Source: Candidatus Thorarchaeota archaeon
Lineage (GTDB): Archaea; Asgardarchaeota; Thorarchaeia; Thorarchaeales; Thorarchaeaceae
Assembly: GCA_046758445.1 (NCBI GenBank)
Contig: JBHIAE010000002.1
Coordinates: forward strand, 74,073-138,072
Reading direction: 5' to 3'
DNA length: 64,000 bases
The notes beneath the pieces are model-generated. The model ran no database searches. It was not told where the DNA came from and was given only the letters and a program-made list of their open reading frames with translations. Below, piece by piece: positions 11,014 through 21,881 of the stretch (the first letter of the stretch is position 1; every line of letters begins with the position of its first letter). The position numbers and the translations under genes are program-made.

Positions 11014-11622
11014 ATGCCCAAAGTCGTACCTGAGTATAAGGAAGAGGCAAAGAGGAGAATAATGAAACACGCGACGAAGCTATTCTCTGAGAGAGGGTAC
11101 TCCAAGACTAGGATGATCGACATCGCAAAGAGTATGGGTGTGAGCAAGGGAGCAATCTATCAGTACTTCAGAAGCAAACAAGACCTCCTCATGTCAGTAC
11201 TTCAAACACACACAGATACTAGGGGGAGAGAAGTGAGAAAGGTCTTAGACTCTGAAAACATCACCGCTATTTCCACTGGGGAGTTCTTCGATAGGATGCT
11301 AGCATTGCGGATGGGCTCACTTGCTCTTGGCCTAGACCTTCTCAGCGAAGCTGCCACGAACAGATCAGTCTTGCAGTGGATTCGGGGGAGTTACGAGTTG
11401 TGGGTGGAGGGCCTCTCCGGCATGATTGACGGGTTCATAACTAGTGGCGTCATTAGGAGAAGTGTTGATTCGGAATCTTTAGCTAGAGGAATCCTAGCTC
11501 TGCGGGATGGCCTATACAGCGCACTCGATCTGGGAAGTGACAAATCAAAGGCTCGAAGGGCTTGGGTCACTGTGATGAGTTCTCTAATGAAGGAGGTTCT
11601 TGTAGAATCCAAGACTCCTTGA
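11014..11622 (+). CDS. TetR/AcrR family regulator
   Basis: MPKVVPEYKEEA start and IAKSMGVSKGAIYQYFRSK HTH. Confidence 0.9.
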   Translation: MPKVVPEYKEEAKRRIMKHATKLFSERGYSKTRMIDIAKSMGVSKGAIYQYFRSKQDLLMSVLQTHTDTRGREVRKVLDSENITAISTGEFFDRMLALRMGSLALGLDLLSEAATNRSVLQWIRGSYELWVEGLSGMIDGFITSGVIRRSVDSESLARGILALRDGLYSALDLGSDKSKARRAWVTVMSSLMKEVLVESKTP

Positions 11623-11687
11623 TTCAAAGACAGTGAGTGCCATGTGGATAGCAATTTAAGACTGAGAAACTGAATAGGGACGATAGG

Positions 11688-12074
11688 ATGATAGAAATCA
11701 AGCCCTCCCTATGCACCGAATGCCGAATCTGTATGACGATCTGTTCTTGGACTCACTATAGCGAGTACAACATCAAACGCGCTCGCATAGCAGTCGAAGC
11801 TGAATGGCCGAAGACGCCTCAGATTGGAGTGTGCCAAGCCTGTGCGGGTCATGAATGTGTGCAGGCCTGCTCTCAAAATGCTTTGACGTGGGAGAGTTGG
11901 ATTCTGCTTGACAAGGAAAGATGTAACTCATGCAGAGAGTGCGTTGAAGCATGTCCGGTTGACGGCATCACCATGGACCCAATCACAAATCTGCCCCTAG
12001 TATGCGATACTTGCGAGGGCGACTTTCAATGCGTGGCATGGTGTCCCACTCAAGCTTTGCTGAAGGGCGTATGA
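11688..12074 (+). CDS. 4Fe-4S dicluster protein (AOR-associated)
   Basis: Four CxxC-based clusters; overlaps the AOR start. Confidence 0.9.
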   Translation: MIEIKPSLCTECRICMTICSWTHYSEYNIKRARIAVEAEWPKTPQIGVCQACAGHECVQACSQNALTWESWILLDKERCNSCRECVEACPVDGITMDPITNLPLVCDTCEGDFQCVAWCPTQALLKGV

Positions 12075-13897
12075 AGATGGAAGACTGGCGTGGCTACATC
12101 GGGAAGATCCTGGATATTGATCTTAGCGGCGGTACTGCCACCGAACTAGAGCTGGATAGGGGCATGGCCGAAAGGTTTTTGGGAGGCAAGGGTTTTGGCG
12201 CAAAAATCCTGTTTGAACAGTTACCACCCCAATGCGACCCTCTCTCACCCAAGAATATCTTGGTCTTTGCTACAGGACCGCTGACAGGAACGTTTGCACC
12301 CGCCAGTGGGCGATTTGAGGTCTGCACCAAAAGCCCGGCAACAGGCCTCTGGCTAGACTCCAATTGCGGCGGCTTCTTTGGACCAGAATTGAAACAAGCC
12401 GGATATGACAGCATCATTATTCGAGGGCGAGCATCAGATCCGGTACTTCTTGTCATTGAAGACGATTCCACAGATTCTCGGGATGCTGCCAACCTCTGGG
12501 GCAAGGATGCTCTGACAACTCATCAGCGGATAAAGGATGAACTCAGAACAGATTTCCGGATTGCTTGTATTGGGCCAGCAGGAGAAGAGGGAGTGAGGTA
12601 TGCGTCCATAATATCGGAATACCGTGCCCTAGGCAGAGGCGGAGCAGGAGCTGTGATGGGCTCCAAGAATCTCAAGGCCATTGCAGTCAAGGGCAGGAAG
12701 AGTATCTCTGTGCATGATCAAACGCGATTCATGAAGACCTGCCGTGAAGCCTTCAATGAACTGGCCATTCATCCGGACACTGGAGGGGGTCGGCAGAAAT
12801 ACGGCACCAATGTGATTCTATCACTAACAGAAGAAGTCGGAATACATCCAGTACGGAACTACCAGAAGGGACAGTTTGAGGGTGCTGACCGAGTCAATGA
12901 GCACACTATCGTAGACTTGTATGTTAGGAACAGAGCTTGTTTTGGCTGTCCAATCTATTGCAGCAAGATCGCCGAAGTAAAGGAAGGAACGTACAAGGGC
13001 AGTTTCACTGAAGGGCCGGAGTACGAGAACGTCTGGGCCTTTGGAGCCAATTGTGAGAACGCTGATCTGGGAGCCATTGTCCAAGCCGAGTATCTCTGCG
13101 ACTACTATGGCCTAGACGGTATCTCAACAGGTGGTGTCATCGCTTTCCTAATGGAATGTGTCGAGAAGGGCATACTCTCTGAGTCTGACATCGGATTCTC
13201 TCTGGACTTTGGCAATGCTGAATCAATCATAAAGGCCGTTCACCTGATTGGAAGGAGGGAGGGCCCTGGAATGCTCTGGGGTGAGGGCGTGAAACGGATG
13301 GCAGAGAAGCTCGAGGGCGCACAGGACCTAGCCATGCATGTGAAAGGATTGGAGCTCCCGGCCTATGATCCGAGAGGCTCCACGGGCATGGCTCTCGCCT
13401 ACGCAACCAGCGACCGCGGCGGCTGTCATCTTCGTTCTTGGCCCATTGGCGAGGAGCTGCTTGCCACTGAGAACAGACTGGATCTGGTGTCTGTAGAGCT
13501 GAAACCCGAACTGGTGAAGACACAACAGGACCTCTTCTGCTTGATCAACTCTACCGGGATGTGTCTCTTTGTAACCTTTGCACTGAATCTGAAACAGATC
13601 ACCGCCTTCCTCCATGAGGCCACAGGAATAGAGGCATTTGCATCATCTGCTGAACTGCTGAAGATCGGTGAACGTGTCAACAACCTTGTCAGGCTCTTCA
13701 ACATCAGGGAAGGACTGACCAAAGAACTGGACACACTGCCCAAGCGGTTCTTCGAACAACCCCTCAGAGAAGGTCCAAGCAAGGATCAAGTCGTCGAGTT
13801 GGAGCTATTGATGGAAGAATACTACACCGTACGAGGTTGGGATTCAGATGGCGTCCCAACTAAGGAGAAGTTAAAGGAACTCACCATTGAGCAATAG
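12071..13897 (+). CDS. aor: Tungsten aldehyde:ferredoxin oxidoreductase
   Basis: GRGGAGAVMGSKNLKA, CFGCPIYC, EGPEYE, DRGGCH, YYTVRGW. Confidence 0.93.
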   Translation: MKMEDWRGYIGKILDIDLSGGTATELELDRGMAERFLGGKGFGAKILFEQLPPQCDPLSPKNILVFATGPLTGTFAPASGRFEVCTKSPATGLWLDSNCGGFFGPELKQAGYDSIIIRGRASDPVLLVIEDDSTDSRDAANLWGKDALTTHQRIKDELRTDFRIACIGPAGEEGVRYASIISEYRALGRGGAGAVMGSKNLKAIAVKGRKSISVHDQTRFMKTCREAFNELAIHPDTGGGRQKYGTNVILSLTEEVGIHPVRNYQKGQFEGADRVNEHTIVDLYVRNRACFGCPIYCSKIAEVKEGTYKGSFTEGPEYENVWAFGANCENADLGAIVQAEYLCDYYGLDGISTGGVIAFLMECVEKGILSESDIGFSLDFGNAESIIKAVHLIGRREGPGMLWGEGVKRMAEKLEGAQDLAMHVKGLELPAYDPRGSTGMALAYATSDRGGCHLRSWPIGEELLATENRLDLVSVELKPELVKTQQDLFCLINSTGMCLFVTFALNLKQITAFLHEATGIEAFASSAELLKIGERVNNLVRLFNIREGLTKELDTLPKRFFEQPLREGPSKDQVVELELLMEEYYTVRGWDSDGVPTKEKLKELTIEQ

Positions 13898-14041
13898 TAG
13901 TCTTGCGTCTAGCATTGCTGCGATGAGTCTTGACGACTCAAGTCAAGCACCCCAGTTGAATAAGCTACTTTCAAATAACACACAGGATTGATATCCCCCA
14001 ATCATACAATGCTGACGTCTACGCAAGATTGAGGTCTTATC

Positions 14042-14953
14042 ATGTTCAAGCCCGAAGGCGTCTATGTGGCGATGCTCACACCGTTCAATGAAGATGGCTC
14101 CCTTAATGAGGCGGAATTGCGGAAGATTGTGGACTTTCTGATTGAATCTGGAGTACACGGGCTCTTTCCTATCAGCTCTGTTGGAGAATTCATCCACATG
14201 TCCACAGATGAGAAAATCCGGATGATGGAAGTCATTGTGAGTCAGAACAAAGGACGAATTCGGATTACTCCTGGTGTTGGTAGCAGCCATCCAGCTGAAT
14301 CAATTCATCTCGCTCAAAAGGCGAAGGAGATTGGCTGCGATGGAGTCGTTGTAGCACCACCTTACTTCTTTCAGCTCTCCCAAGAAAACATCGAGAAGTA
14401 TTACGAAACTATCTCGGATGCTGTTGATTTACCCATTATTCTCTACAATATCCCACTCTTCACTCAACCCTTGAATTATGATGTTGTCAAACGCCTTTCA
14501 AGAAGAGAGAATGTCGTGGCGATGAAGGACAGCAGCGGAAGCATGGTCGACTTCATGCACTTCATGGATAAGATCAGAGTCATCGGAGAGGACTTGAACA
14601 TTCTAGCTGGCAGAGAAGAAACGCTCTTTCCTACACTCATGGTCGGTGGCAAGGGATGCATGACAGCCACAGCCGGGATTCTGCCTGAGAAGATGCTAGG
14701 CATCTATGAGGCGTGGAAAGCAGGAGATTACGAGCGAGCCCTCGAACTTCAATACTCAATCTTGCTTCCTGTTCGGACAATGTTCTCTATCACATTTCCA
14801 TTGGGCTTCAAAGTTGCGATGGAGATGAGAGGGTTTCAGATGGGGCCACCAAAACAACCTCTCTCAGACGCGGAGCGCTTCAAGTTCAATACAACCAAGG
14901 TGCGAATCCAGAAGATTATGAAACCCATCTTGGAGAAACTCGACAGGACCTAG
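14042..14953 (+). CDS. Dihydrodipicolinate synthase family (DapA-like) aldolase
   Basis: LTPF, SSVGE, LYNIP, MKDSSG Schiff-base Lys. Confidence 0.9.
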   Translation: MFKPEGVYVAMLTPFNEDGSLNEAELRKIVDFLIESGVHGLFPISSVGEFIHMSTDEKIRMMEVIVSQNKGRIRITPGVGSSHPAESIHLAQKAKEIGCDGVVVAPPYFFQLSQENIEKYYETISDAVDLPIILYNIPLFTQPLNYDVVKRLSRRENVVAMKDSSGSMVDFMHFMDKIRVIGEDLNILAGREETLFPTLMVGGKGCMTATAGILPEKMLGIYEAWKAGDYERALELQYSILLPVRTMFSITFPLGFKVAMEMRGFQMGPPKQPLSDAERFKFNTTKVRIQKIMKPILEKLDRT

Positions 14954-15062
14954 CATGGCCAGGTAAAGCTGACTAACACGAGGATCTCAACACAGATGCA
15001 AAGTAGTATATACGAAGAACGTGTTAACAATAGTCAACCCTCGTTTGTAGGAGTCAAAGCCA

Positions 15063-15764
15063 GTGGATGACATTCAGGAATTCTCAGGCTTTCCTGAGGA
15101 GGCTCTAGATTTCTTCGGGGAGCTGAGGGAGAACAACTATAGAGATTGGTTCAACGAGAGAAAGAGCGACTATCAGGAGTATGTTCTGAAACCCGCTCAA
15201 GCATTCGTTGTAGCTCTTGGTGAACGCCTGACAGCTATCTCTGACAGCATTATCTCTGACACAAGGACGAATGGCAGAGGATCAATATTGCGGATCTATC
15301 GCGATATCCGGTTCAGCAAGGATAAGTCACCTTATCATACTAGGCTCAGAATCCGGTTCCGGGAGGGCTCTGGAGAGAAGAATACTCAACCGGGTTTCTT
15401 CTTCGCGATGGATGAAACAGGCGGGAGGCTAATGGGAGGGATGCACATGTTTCCAAAGCCCCTTCTTGAGGAATACAGGCAAGCAGTTCTCGATGACCGA
15501 GCTGGTCCCCTTCTGGTAAAGGCCATTGACGGCATCAAGAGCCTGCCTGGATATACCGTTGGAGGCGAGCACTACAAGCGAGTTCCAAGAGGCTTTGATC
15601 CAAATCATCCTCGGGCAGACCTTCTCCGCTATAACACACTGCACGTGAGTTCATCTAGGATTCCAGTCGGCCTCTTGAAGAAGCCTGATCTCATTGATGC
15701 CTGCTTTCAGCATGGTCTCAATATGGCGCCTATCCATCACTGGTTGGTCCAACTATCCCGGTAG
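15063..15764 (+). CDS. DUF2461 family protein
   Basis: NNYRDWF, RIYRDIRFSKDKSPY, KRVPRGF. Confidence 0.88.
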   Translation: MDDIQEFSGFPEEALDFFGELRENNYRDWFNERKSDYQEYVLKPAQAFVVALGERLTAISDSIISDTRTNGRGSILRIYRDIRFSKDKSPYHTRLRIRFREGSGEKNTQPGFFFAMDETGGRLMGGMHMFPKPLLEEYRQAVLDDRAGPLLVKAIDGIKSLPGYTVGGEHYKRVPRGFDPNHPRADLLRYNTLHVSSSRIPVGLLKKPDLIDACFQHGLNMAPIHHWLVQLSR

Positions 15765-15903
15765 TACTCGTTCCGCCCTCTTGAGAACGACATGATCCTG
15801 GCCAATCAGAGAGCCTCAGAAACCATGATCTAGGAACGACTCTAGTCACAGGTTGAAGAGCGTGCCTGAAAGGGCCGGAGGAATACATGTGCACGTCGAC
15901 TAA

Positions 15904-16284
15904 TCAGGAATCCAAGAAGAAATCCCCTAGCTCCACCATACCTCGAGGGAAATACGGGATGAAAGCACGAAATCTCTGTCCTTCAATGGTCAAGGTCAAC
16001 ACCTGACCCGATCTATAGCTTTGTCCCGCCCAAAATACCCCCTCAGCATCTGTGGTGACTATTTCGCTGATGAGCTCATCTGTTGCGAAGATGCGGACGT
16101 CGACATTAACAGCAGGAATCCAGTCCCCTGAGGTTTCGTCGGTCGCGTTCCAGCGATAGACATGACCTCTAACGACTGCTGGCCTCCCACCAATGACCAA
16201 CGCAGGTGCTGGTGAATACTCACCTAGAAGGACTGGCGCGGTGAACATCGAGCCGGACGTCACGATGATGACTAGCACTATCAA
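15904..16284 (-). CDS. Hypothetical exported protein
   Basis: Hydrophobic N-terminus and beta-rich body. Confidence 0.5.
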   Translation of the reverse strand: MIVLVIIVTSGSMFTAPVLLGEYSPAPALVIGGRPAVVRGHVYRWNATDETSGDWIPAVNVDVRIFATDELISEIVTTDAEGVFWAGQSYRSGQVLTLTIEGQRFRAFIPYFPRGMVELGDFFLDS

Positions 16285-16328
16285 CAGTAAGGCAATTCCT
16301 CGCTTTGGTAACCTGCCAATCCCGGGGA

Positions 16329-16613
16329 CTAATCGTCCCCCTCGGATTTTTTTGGGAGATTAGCATATAGGCGGTAGAGCCGATCAACCATTCTGTCAAC
16401 TATAGCGCTAGAAACGACGATTCCAAAGCCGATGACAATTGCGCCGACGCTAGACACGCGGACCCATTCGATACCCGCCCATATTATGTAGTCGGCAACG
16501 AGCTCACCAAAACCCCACCAGATGATGATGAAACCGACAAGCATCAATAGGCGGAACACTAGTTTGATTCTCCAAAATCCACCATTCTGGGTTTGTTCCT
16601 CACCCATTCCCAC
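16329..16613 (-). CDS. Small 2-TM membrane protein
   Basis: Two hydrophobic segments. Confidence 0.55.
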   Translation of the reverse strand: MGMGEEQTQNGGFWRIKLVFRLLMLVGFIIIWWGFGELVADYIIWAGIEWVRVSSVGAIVIGFGIVVSSAIVDRMVDRLYRLYANLPKKSEGDD

Positions 16614-16807
16614 ACCTCATTTCCCTAGACACCACACTTTCCTTTTAGAGTATCTGTTTGAGTAAGATTTGTACTGATGGAGAAGACATATCATCCCGCA
16701 GCTTTTCCTTGGGACTGCAGGTTGGGCATGCATGATGTTTCCACCGGTCCAATCACGTTGAGTCCAAACGTCAGAAGAAAGAGAGCCAGCCTCACCAAGA
16801 CGCATGG

Positions 16808-17929
16808 CTAGAGGAAGGGAGAAACCGTACTCAAGATCTTCTTGATGGTCCTGCGGTTGAATCTCACCACACCTTTCTCCTCCTTTCTCTTCTCCTGATC
16901 CTCAAGTTCAGGGCAAGGCCTGCCCTGCAGGCCTTCGAGAGTTGCTCTGATGCAAGGTCCCAGAGTCAACGGATTATAACCGCCCTCAAGGACCCAGAAT
17001 GACCCTTTCATTCCGCATGACTTGACAAGTTTCTCAATTGTGGATGCTATGAACCAGTATGTTTCGGAGTCCACCGCCATCTCCCCAATGGGATCGGCGA
17101 AGTGAGCGTCATACCCAGCTGAAACTGCAATCAAGTCAGGGTTGAAGCTCTCAATGGCCGGAATCGCTATCTTCTCAATGGCGGCCTTGTACGATGAATC
17201 TGGAGATTCCTGGTGGAGGGGTATGTTGATATTCGTGCCTTCCCCTCTTCCATGCCCGGTTTCTCTATAGTGCCCAATTCCATAGCTTATGTAGTCGTAT
17301 TCGTGGATGCTAATGAACTGAACTTTGGGGTCCTCATAGAAGATTTCTGACGTTCCGTTTCCAAAATGATCGTCTATGTCCAGTATGGAAACCCTTTGTG
17401 CCTGATTCTCAACTAGCAAATCTCTCACTGCAACTGCTACATTGTTGAAGAAGCAGAGCCCCATTGAAGAGGAGGTTGTGGCATGATGGCCCGGTGGACG
17501 TACCAAGGCAAAGGAATGTCTGCAGACCTCAGAAGCCGCAAGTTCCGCCGCAAAGAGCGCTCCTCCCAGTGCGTGCATTGCCGATGACCACAAGTCTTCG
17601 CTGGCCCAGGCAGACTCACCCAGTACTCCCCCACCTAGCTCCGACATCAGCTCCACTGACTGTACGAGGTACGGCTTATGAACACGCAGAGCCTCTTCCT
17701 TGGTTGCCTGAGCAGTCTTGAACTTCCTTATGCCCTCCAGTGCTCCAGATTCCTCGAGATACTGTAGACTCATCTGAATCCGTTCTGGATTCTCAAACGC
17801 CTCTAGATTGGGTTTTACGAATGGTGCAACATGTTGGTCAAATCCCGACTGCTCAATGAGAGTCAGCGTATTCTCTGGCAATTGAAACTCAACTCGACAA
17901 GATATGGCCACTTCCTTATACTCTTTCAT
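16808..17929 (-). CDS. Histone deacetylase family protein
   Basis: RPPGHHA, CFFNN, DIDDHFGNGT, SAGYDAH, LEGGY. Confidence 0.92.
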   Translation of the reverse strand: MKEYKEVAISCRVEFQLPENTLTLIEQSGFDQHVAPFVKPNLEAFENPERIQMSLQYLEESGALEGIRKFKTAQATKEEALRVHKPYLVQSVELMSELGGGVLGESAWASEDLWSSAMHALGGALFAAELAASEVCRHSFALVRPPGHHATTSSSMGLCFFNNVAVAVRDLLVENQAQRVSILDIDDHFGNGTSEIFYEDPKVQFISIHEYDYISYGIGHYRETGHGRGEGTNINIPLHQESPDSSYKAAIEKIAIPAIESFNPDLIAVSAGYDAHFADPIGEMAVDSETYWFIASTIEKLVKSCGMKGSFWVLEGGYNPLTLGPCIRATLEGLQGRPCPELEDQEKRKEEKGVVRFNRRTIKKILSTVSPFL

Positions 17930-17964
17930 TGGACGAGTTGCTCAGAAGTGCAGCTGTACTTCTA

Positions 17965-18435
17965 TCAAGCAGTAGCAATCCGGAACGGCACATAGTCAGT
18001 CATGAGGACCTTCTTCCCAAGCCCCCTGAGGCTGGCCACGATCTGTCCGCGGTGATACGTGGAGTGGTTCACCATATGGAACAGGAACTCACTGAATACC
18101 ACCCTAATCTTGTTGCCGTCCGCATCCAATTCTAGGGCATCGAAAGCTCTATTCTTGATTAGATCAACAAGCTTTCTCTCGTAGACGGCGATGCTCTCGA
18201 ACAGCTCGTCCCTTGGCATGTTCTCAAAGTCGGGCTCGTCCTCGGGGCTCTCACCAGTCCAGTCGTTGTACCATTGGTATATATCCAGAGCAAGATGGAC
18301 GTACCTTGCTCGTATACTTCTCATGCCTCCGCCTGATGATTGAGCGAATTCCTCATCAGTCAGGTTCTTCACTAGATTCCAAATCGCCTCATCGGCCCAT
18401 ATCAAGTATTGGCCCAGTTTCTCCAGCAGTTCCAT
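17965..18435 (-). CDS. DinB/YfiT family protein
   Basis: HMVNHSTYHRGQI motif. Confidence 0.88.
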   Translation of the reverse strand: MELLEKLGQYLIWADEAIWNLVKNLTDEEFAQSSGGGMRSIRARYVHLALDIYQWYNDWTGESPEDEPDFENMPRDELFESIAVYERKLVDLIKNRAFDALELDADGNKIRVVFSEFLFHMVNHSTYHRGQIVASLRGLGKKVLMTDYVPFRIATA

Positions 18436-18557
18436 GAACCTAGTTTGACTCTATCACTGAAAAAGAATCGGTATAGACGTATCACGATGACCCACGTCTT
18501 GAGATAGTACCAAGAGGATTACTTAAGAGCGGGCCGCTTCACCTCGGGCCCAAGAAA

Positions 18558-18785
18558 ATGAGCAGCCAGCGTAGCACTTCGAAGAAACTATTGGGCGTGA
18601 TTGTTGCAGCTGTGATCCTAGCAACTTGGGTCCTAGTGGACTTGTACTTTCTCTCTTCCATTGTAGGTGAATATAGCTACCCAATCTATGAGTTGGCGAC
18701 CTATGGTTCCTGGTTTGTAATCATTCTAGTTGTTCTCTTCGTATGCTCATGGGCCGGATGCATACCTGAACGTCAACAAGATTAG
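18558..18785 (+). CDS. Small 2-TM membrane protein
   Basis: Two hydrophobic helices. Confidence 0.55.
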   Translation: MSSQRSTSKKLLGVIVAAVILATWVLVDLYFLSSIVGEYSYPIYELATYGSWFVIILVVLFVCSWAGCIPERQQD

Positions 18786-18843
18786 CCCAAAGAAGGCTTC
18801 TAATACTTGCAGCACTGCCCTCTCAACCCAAGGGGTATCCAGA

Positions 18844-19680
18844 ATGAGATTCGCGATCGACCTTCCAACCCCTCCGATTGCCGGAGGAACTGCCGAGATG
18901 ATTGTCGACTGGGCTGTGATGGCTGAAGATGCTGGATGGGACTCATTCTGTCTATGGAACCATCTACTAATGTCCTATCCACAACCAAGTGAGTCGCTTG
19001 ATCCTTGGGTCCTCTATTCTGCAATTGCCACGAAGACAAAGAAAATCAAACTGGGTCCAACATATGCTCCTCTACCCAGATTGAGGCCTTGGAAACTGGC
19101 TCGCGCATTGGCTACGCTTGACCAGCTCTCGAGGGGGCGGGTGATCATGGGTGCAGTACTTGGCACGAGCGAGGACCATGAAGTCTTTGGTGAGGAAAGC
19201 AAAGACAGAATCCGTGCAGAGAAGTTGGAAGAAGGGCTAGCCATTCTAACTGGGCTCTGGTCTGGTAGACCGTTCTCTTTTGAAGGACGTCACTTCACCT
19301 TGAAAGAAGTCACTTTCATACCTACCCCTGTTCAGAAACCGAGAATCCCTATCTGGGTTGGAGGCATGTTCCCGAGCAAAGCGCCATTCAAGCGGGCCGC
19401 AAAATGGGACGGTGTCATGCCTGCACGCATGTGGCCAGAAGAGCTATCCCGGGATGACCTTCGTGATATTCTGCACTTGATTGAACTGCACCGTGGGGAT
19501 TTGAAAGACTTCGAGGTCATAGTCGGAGGTCGGACATCCGGCAGGCCAAGAGAAGATGATGAAACTCTCCAACCATGGATTGAGGCTGGAGCTACATGGT
19601 GGTCTGAAGGACTCAATGCCTGGAGAGGAAGACGTGAGGAGCTCGAGGAGCGAATACAGTTGGGTCCGCCGGAGATATAG
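18844..19680 (+). CDS. LLM-class flavin/F420-dependent oxidoreductase
   Basis: AEDAGWDS, DPWV, PWKLARALATLDQLSRGR, PVQKPRIPIWVGG. Confidence 0.9.
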   Translation: MRFAIDLPTPPIAGGTAEMIVDWAVMAEDAGWDSFCLWNHLLMSYPQPSESLDPWVLYSAIATKTKKIKLGPTYAPLPRLRPWKLARALATLDQLSRGRVIMGAVLGTSEDHEVFGEESKDRIRAEKLEEGLAILTGLWSGRPFSFEGRHFTLKEVTFIPTPVQKPRIPIWVGGMFPSKAPFKRAAKWDGVMPARMWPEELSRDDLRDILHLIELHRGDLKDFEVIVGGRTSGRPREDDETLQPWIEAGATWWSEGLNAWRGRREELEERIQLGPPEI

Positions 19681-19684
19681 CTCC

Positions 19685-20635
19685 CTACGGGAGATAGGAC
19701 TTGTCTAGGTCAAAACTCTTCAGAGCCTTTAGACAGTTGAGAGTGATCTTTCCAGCCCATTCCTTCTCAGCGACGGGCCAAACGTCCTCAAATTGGCCCC
19801 ATTTCCAAGTCGGCCACCAGCCACCATCCTCCGCTTGTTTCTCGATCTCTAGGTCGAGGAGATGGTATACATTGCCGGGATGAGTGCGAGCCAAGATTGA
19901 ATCAATGGATGGTGATAGCCAGAATACCCTGATCTCGCCTAGCACTTCTTGTGTGAGTGGTGCGATCTCACGAAAAGTACGTTCTATCTTCTCCATAGCT
20001 TGGGACTTTAGGGGCTCAGGCATGCTCTGATAGGCCCTCTCCCAACACATCACGTTATACAGTCCTTCGATGGTTTCAGAGCTCTCTAGGTTAGTCAGGG
20101 CGCGTTGGCTCATCTGTCTAAGCAGGCTGTCTGGAATGAGGTCCGCATATCTGTGGCAGTATCCAAGAAGCTCCGCACTCGGATTTGGCCAACTGGACTC
20201 TTTGGGCGGTGCAATCTCTTCAAGATGCCACCAAGGCGCATGAGGTTCTTCGTTGACATCCATGAATGTGAATGTCCAATAGTCATGCTCTCTATCGTAC
20301 GTAGAAACTAGATACTCCATGGCAGACTTGATGACAGGACTGTCTTCTCCAAGGCTTATCTCCACACAGTACTGAAGTCCCACAGAAGTCGCGAACGGGG
20401 AGGACGCTCTTGACCGCAGATCGGGTTCTATTGCATTTCCAAATCCGCCATCAGAGTTCTGATACTCTTCTAACTCTCCAAGAACCTCATCGGCATGGCC
20501 GTTCTCAAAGTGGTACTCAAACAGCGCACGATCAATATCCCTGGCATTCTTCCGGATGAATTCACATGCCCTTGAGAAAGATTCTGAGGTGAGTTTCAAT
20601 CGCATGGCCTCTTGTCTATCTGAGGCTTGTTTCAT
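19685..20635 (-). CDS. Hypothetical protein with prenyltransferase/squalene-cyclase-like repeats
   Basis: YQNSDGGFG and QAEDGGW motifs, HAPWW. Confidence 0.7.
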   Translation of the reverse strand: MKQASDRQEAMRLKLTSESFSRACEFIRKNARDIDRALFEYHFENGHADEVLGELEEYQNSDGGFGNAIEPDLRSRASSPFATSVGLQYCVEISLGEDSPVIKSAMEYLVSTYDREHDYWTFTFMDVNEEPHAPWWHLEEIAPPKESSWPNPSAELLGYCHRYADLIPDSLLRQMSQRALTNLESSETIEGLYNVMCWERAYQSMPEPLKSQAMEKIERTFREIAPLTQEVLGEIRVFWLSPSIDSILARTHPGNVYHLLDLEIEKQAEDGGWWPTWKWGQFEDVWPVAEKEWAGKITLNCLKALKSFDLDKSYLP

Positions 20636-20755
20636 TCAAGCCGTGTGTTTATGTGTTCGTGTATGCAAAGGTTTATATCAATAGCGATATCAATATTGAT
20701 ATCGGAAGCGATATCGAGAACGATATCTGCGCCGATATTGGAGAAAGAAGACGAA

Positions 20756-21331
20756 ATGTGTGATGAAGGATTTGGAATGAATAGGCGGAACCCACATGGC
20801 CATAGGTCGCGTGGACATTGGATGAGAAGAATGGCATCAGCGCCGAAGGGACTTCTGCGCCACTATGTATTGAATCTCTTGAAAGAGAAACCGATGTCGG
20901 GTGCTGAGTTGATTAGAGAGATTGCCGCAAAGACTGACAACCGCTGGAAGCCGAGCCCTGGTTCGGTGTATCCGCTGCTATCATGGCTTCTGGACTCCGG
21001 GTACACAGAGGAGATACCCGATCAAGAAGCTGGCGTCAAGCGGTATGCACTGACAGAAGAGGGCGAGAAGTTTCTGAAGGAACACGAAGAGCGAAGGAAA
21101 GACTTCCCAGGAGGTTTCCCTTTCCCTGGCCTGCCCTTTCCATGGTTCGGCTCATTCCCTGAGGGGGCCCGTGACGTCTTCGAGAGCTTTAGGAAGCTTC
21201 AACGTGCAGGCTGGACTCTCTTTGAGCGTCTGAGAGAAGACATGTCTGAGGACCTTCTCAAAGACGTGAAAAAGCTGATTGATGAAACCACAACCAGGCT
21301 CCAGATCATCCTTGACAAGAAGAGCACCTAG
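20756..21331 (+). CDS. PadR family regulator
   Basis: WKPSPGSVYPLL...Y.LTEEG. Confidence 0.9.
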   Translation: MCDEGFGMNRRNPHGHRSRGHWMRRMASAPKGLLRHYVLNLLKEKPMSGAELIREIAAKTDNRWKPSPGSVYPLLSWLLDSGYTEEIPDQEAGVKRYALTEEGEKFLKEHEERRKDFPGGFPFPGLPFPWFGSFPEGARDVFESFRKLQRAGWTLFERLREDMSEDLLKDVKKLIDETTTRLQIILDKKST

Positions 21332-21434
21332 CCCTCGCTTAGCTGGAGCATTCGGAGGGGGCTTCAGGCCTCCTCTTCTACGGAAGGCTTTTTACAACCT
21401 ACAACGGTGCATACCATATCTCTACCCGAGGTGA

Positions 21435-21665
21435 ATGGGGATGGTATCAGTCGTAATCCTGATCAAAGCCGAAGCCGGAACAATCTGGGACGCGTGCAAA
21501 TCCATCGAGGAGATTGACGGTATAACCAGAGTCGACGTCGTGACTGGCCCCTATGATGTGATTGCCTATGCTGAACTCCCTTCAGTAGAAGACCTGCGAA
21601 GGTTGATGAAGACAGTACATGAAGTGGAAGGCATCAACCGTACGGAAACTTGTGTTTCTATCTGA
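21435..21665 (+). CDS. Lrp/AsnC ligand-binding-domain protein
   Basis: VTGPYDVIA ... TET. Confidence 0.85.
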   Translation: MGMVSVVILIKAEAGTIWDACKSIEEIDGITRVDVVTGPYDVIAYAELPSVEDLRRLMKTVHEVEGINRTETCVSI

Positions 21666-21881
21666 GTTCCTTCATATCTACGTCGCTAGTGCATCTAGCG
21701 AATCCACTGCACACAACAATCGAATACAGTGAGTATGCTCGCTAGTAGGGCTCTGAACTACCAGTTCTGAAATGCCGTTCAGCAAAGATGTTAAGTGCAG
21801 GTCCATTGTGCGAAACAGTGGACCAGTGTAAAGGGTGATTGTGTGGAAACAAACGAGAGCCAGGCAAAAGATGTCAGTAAC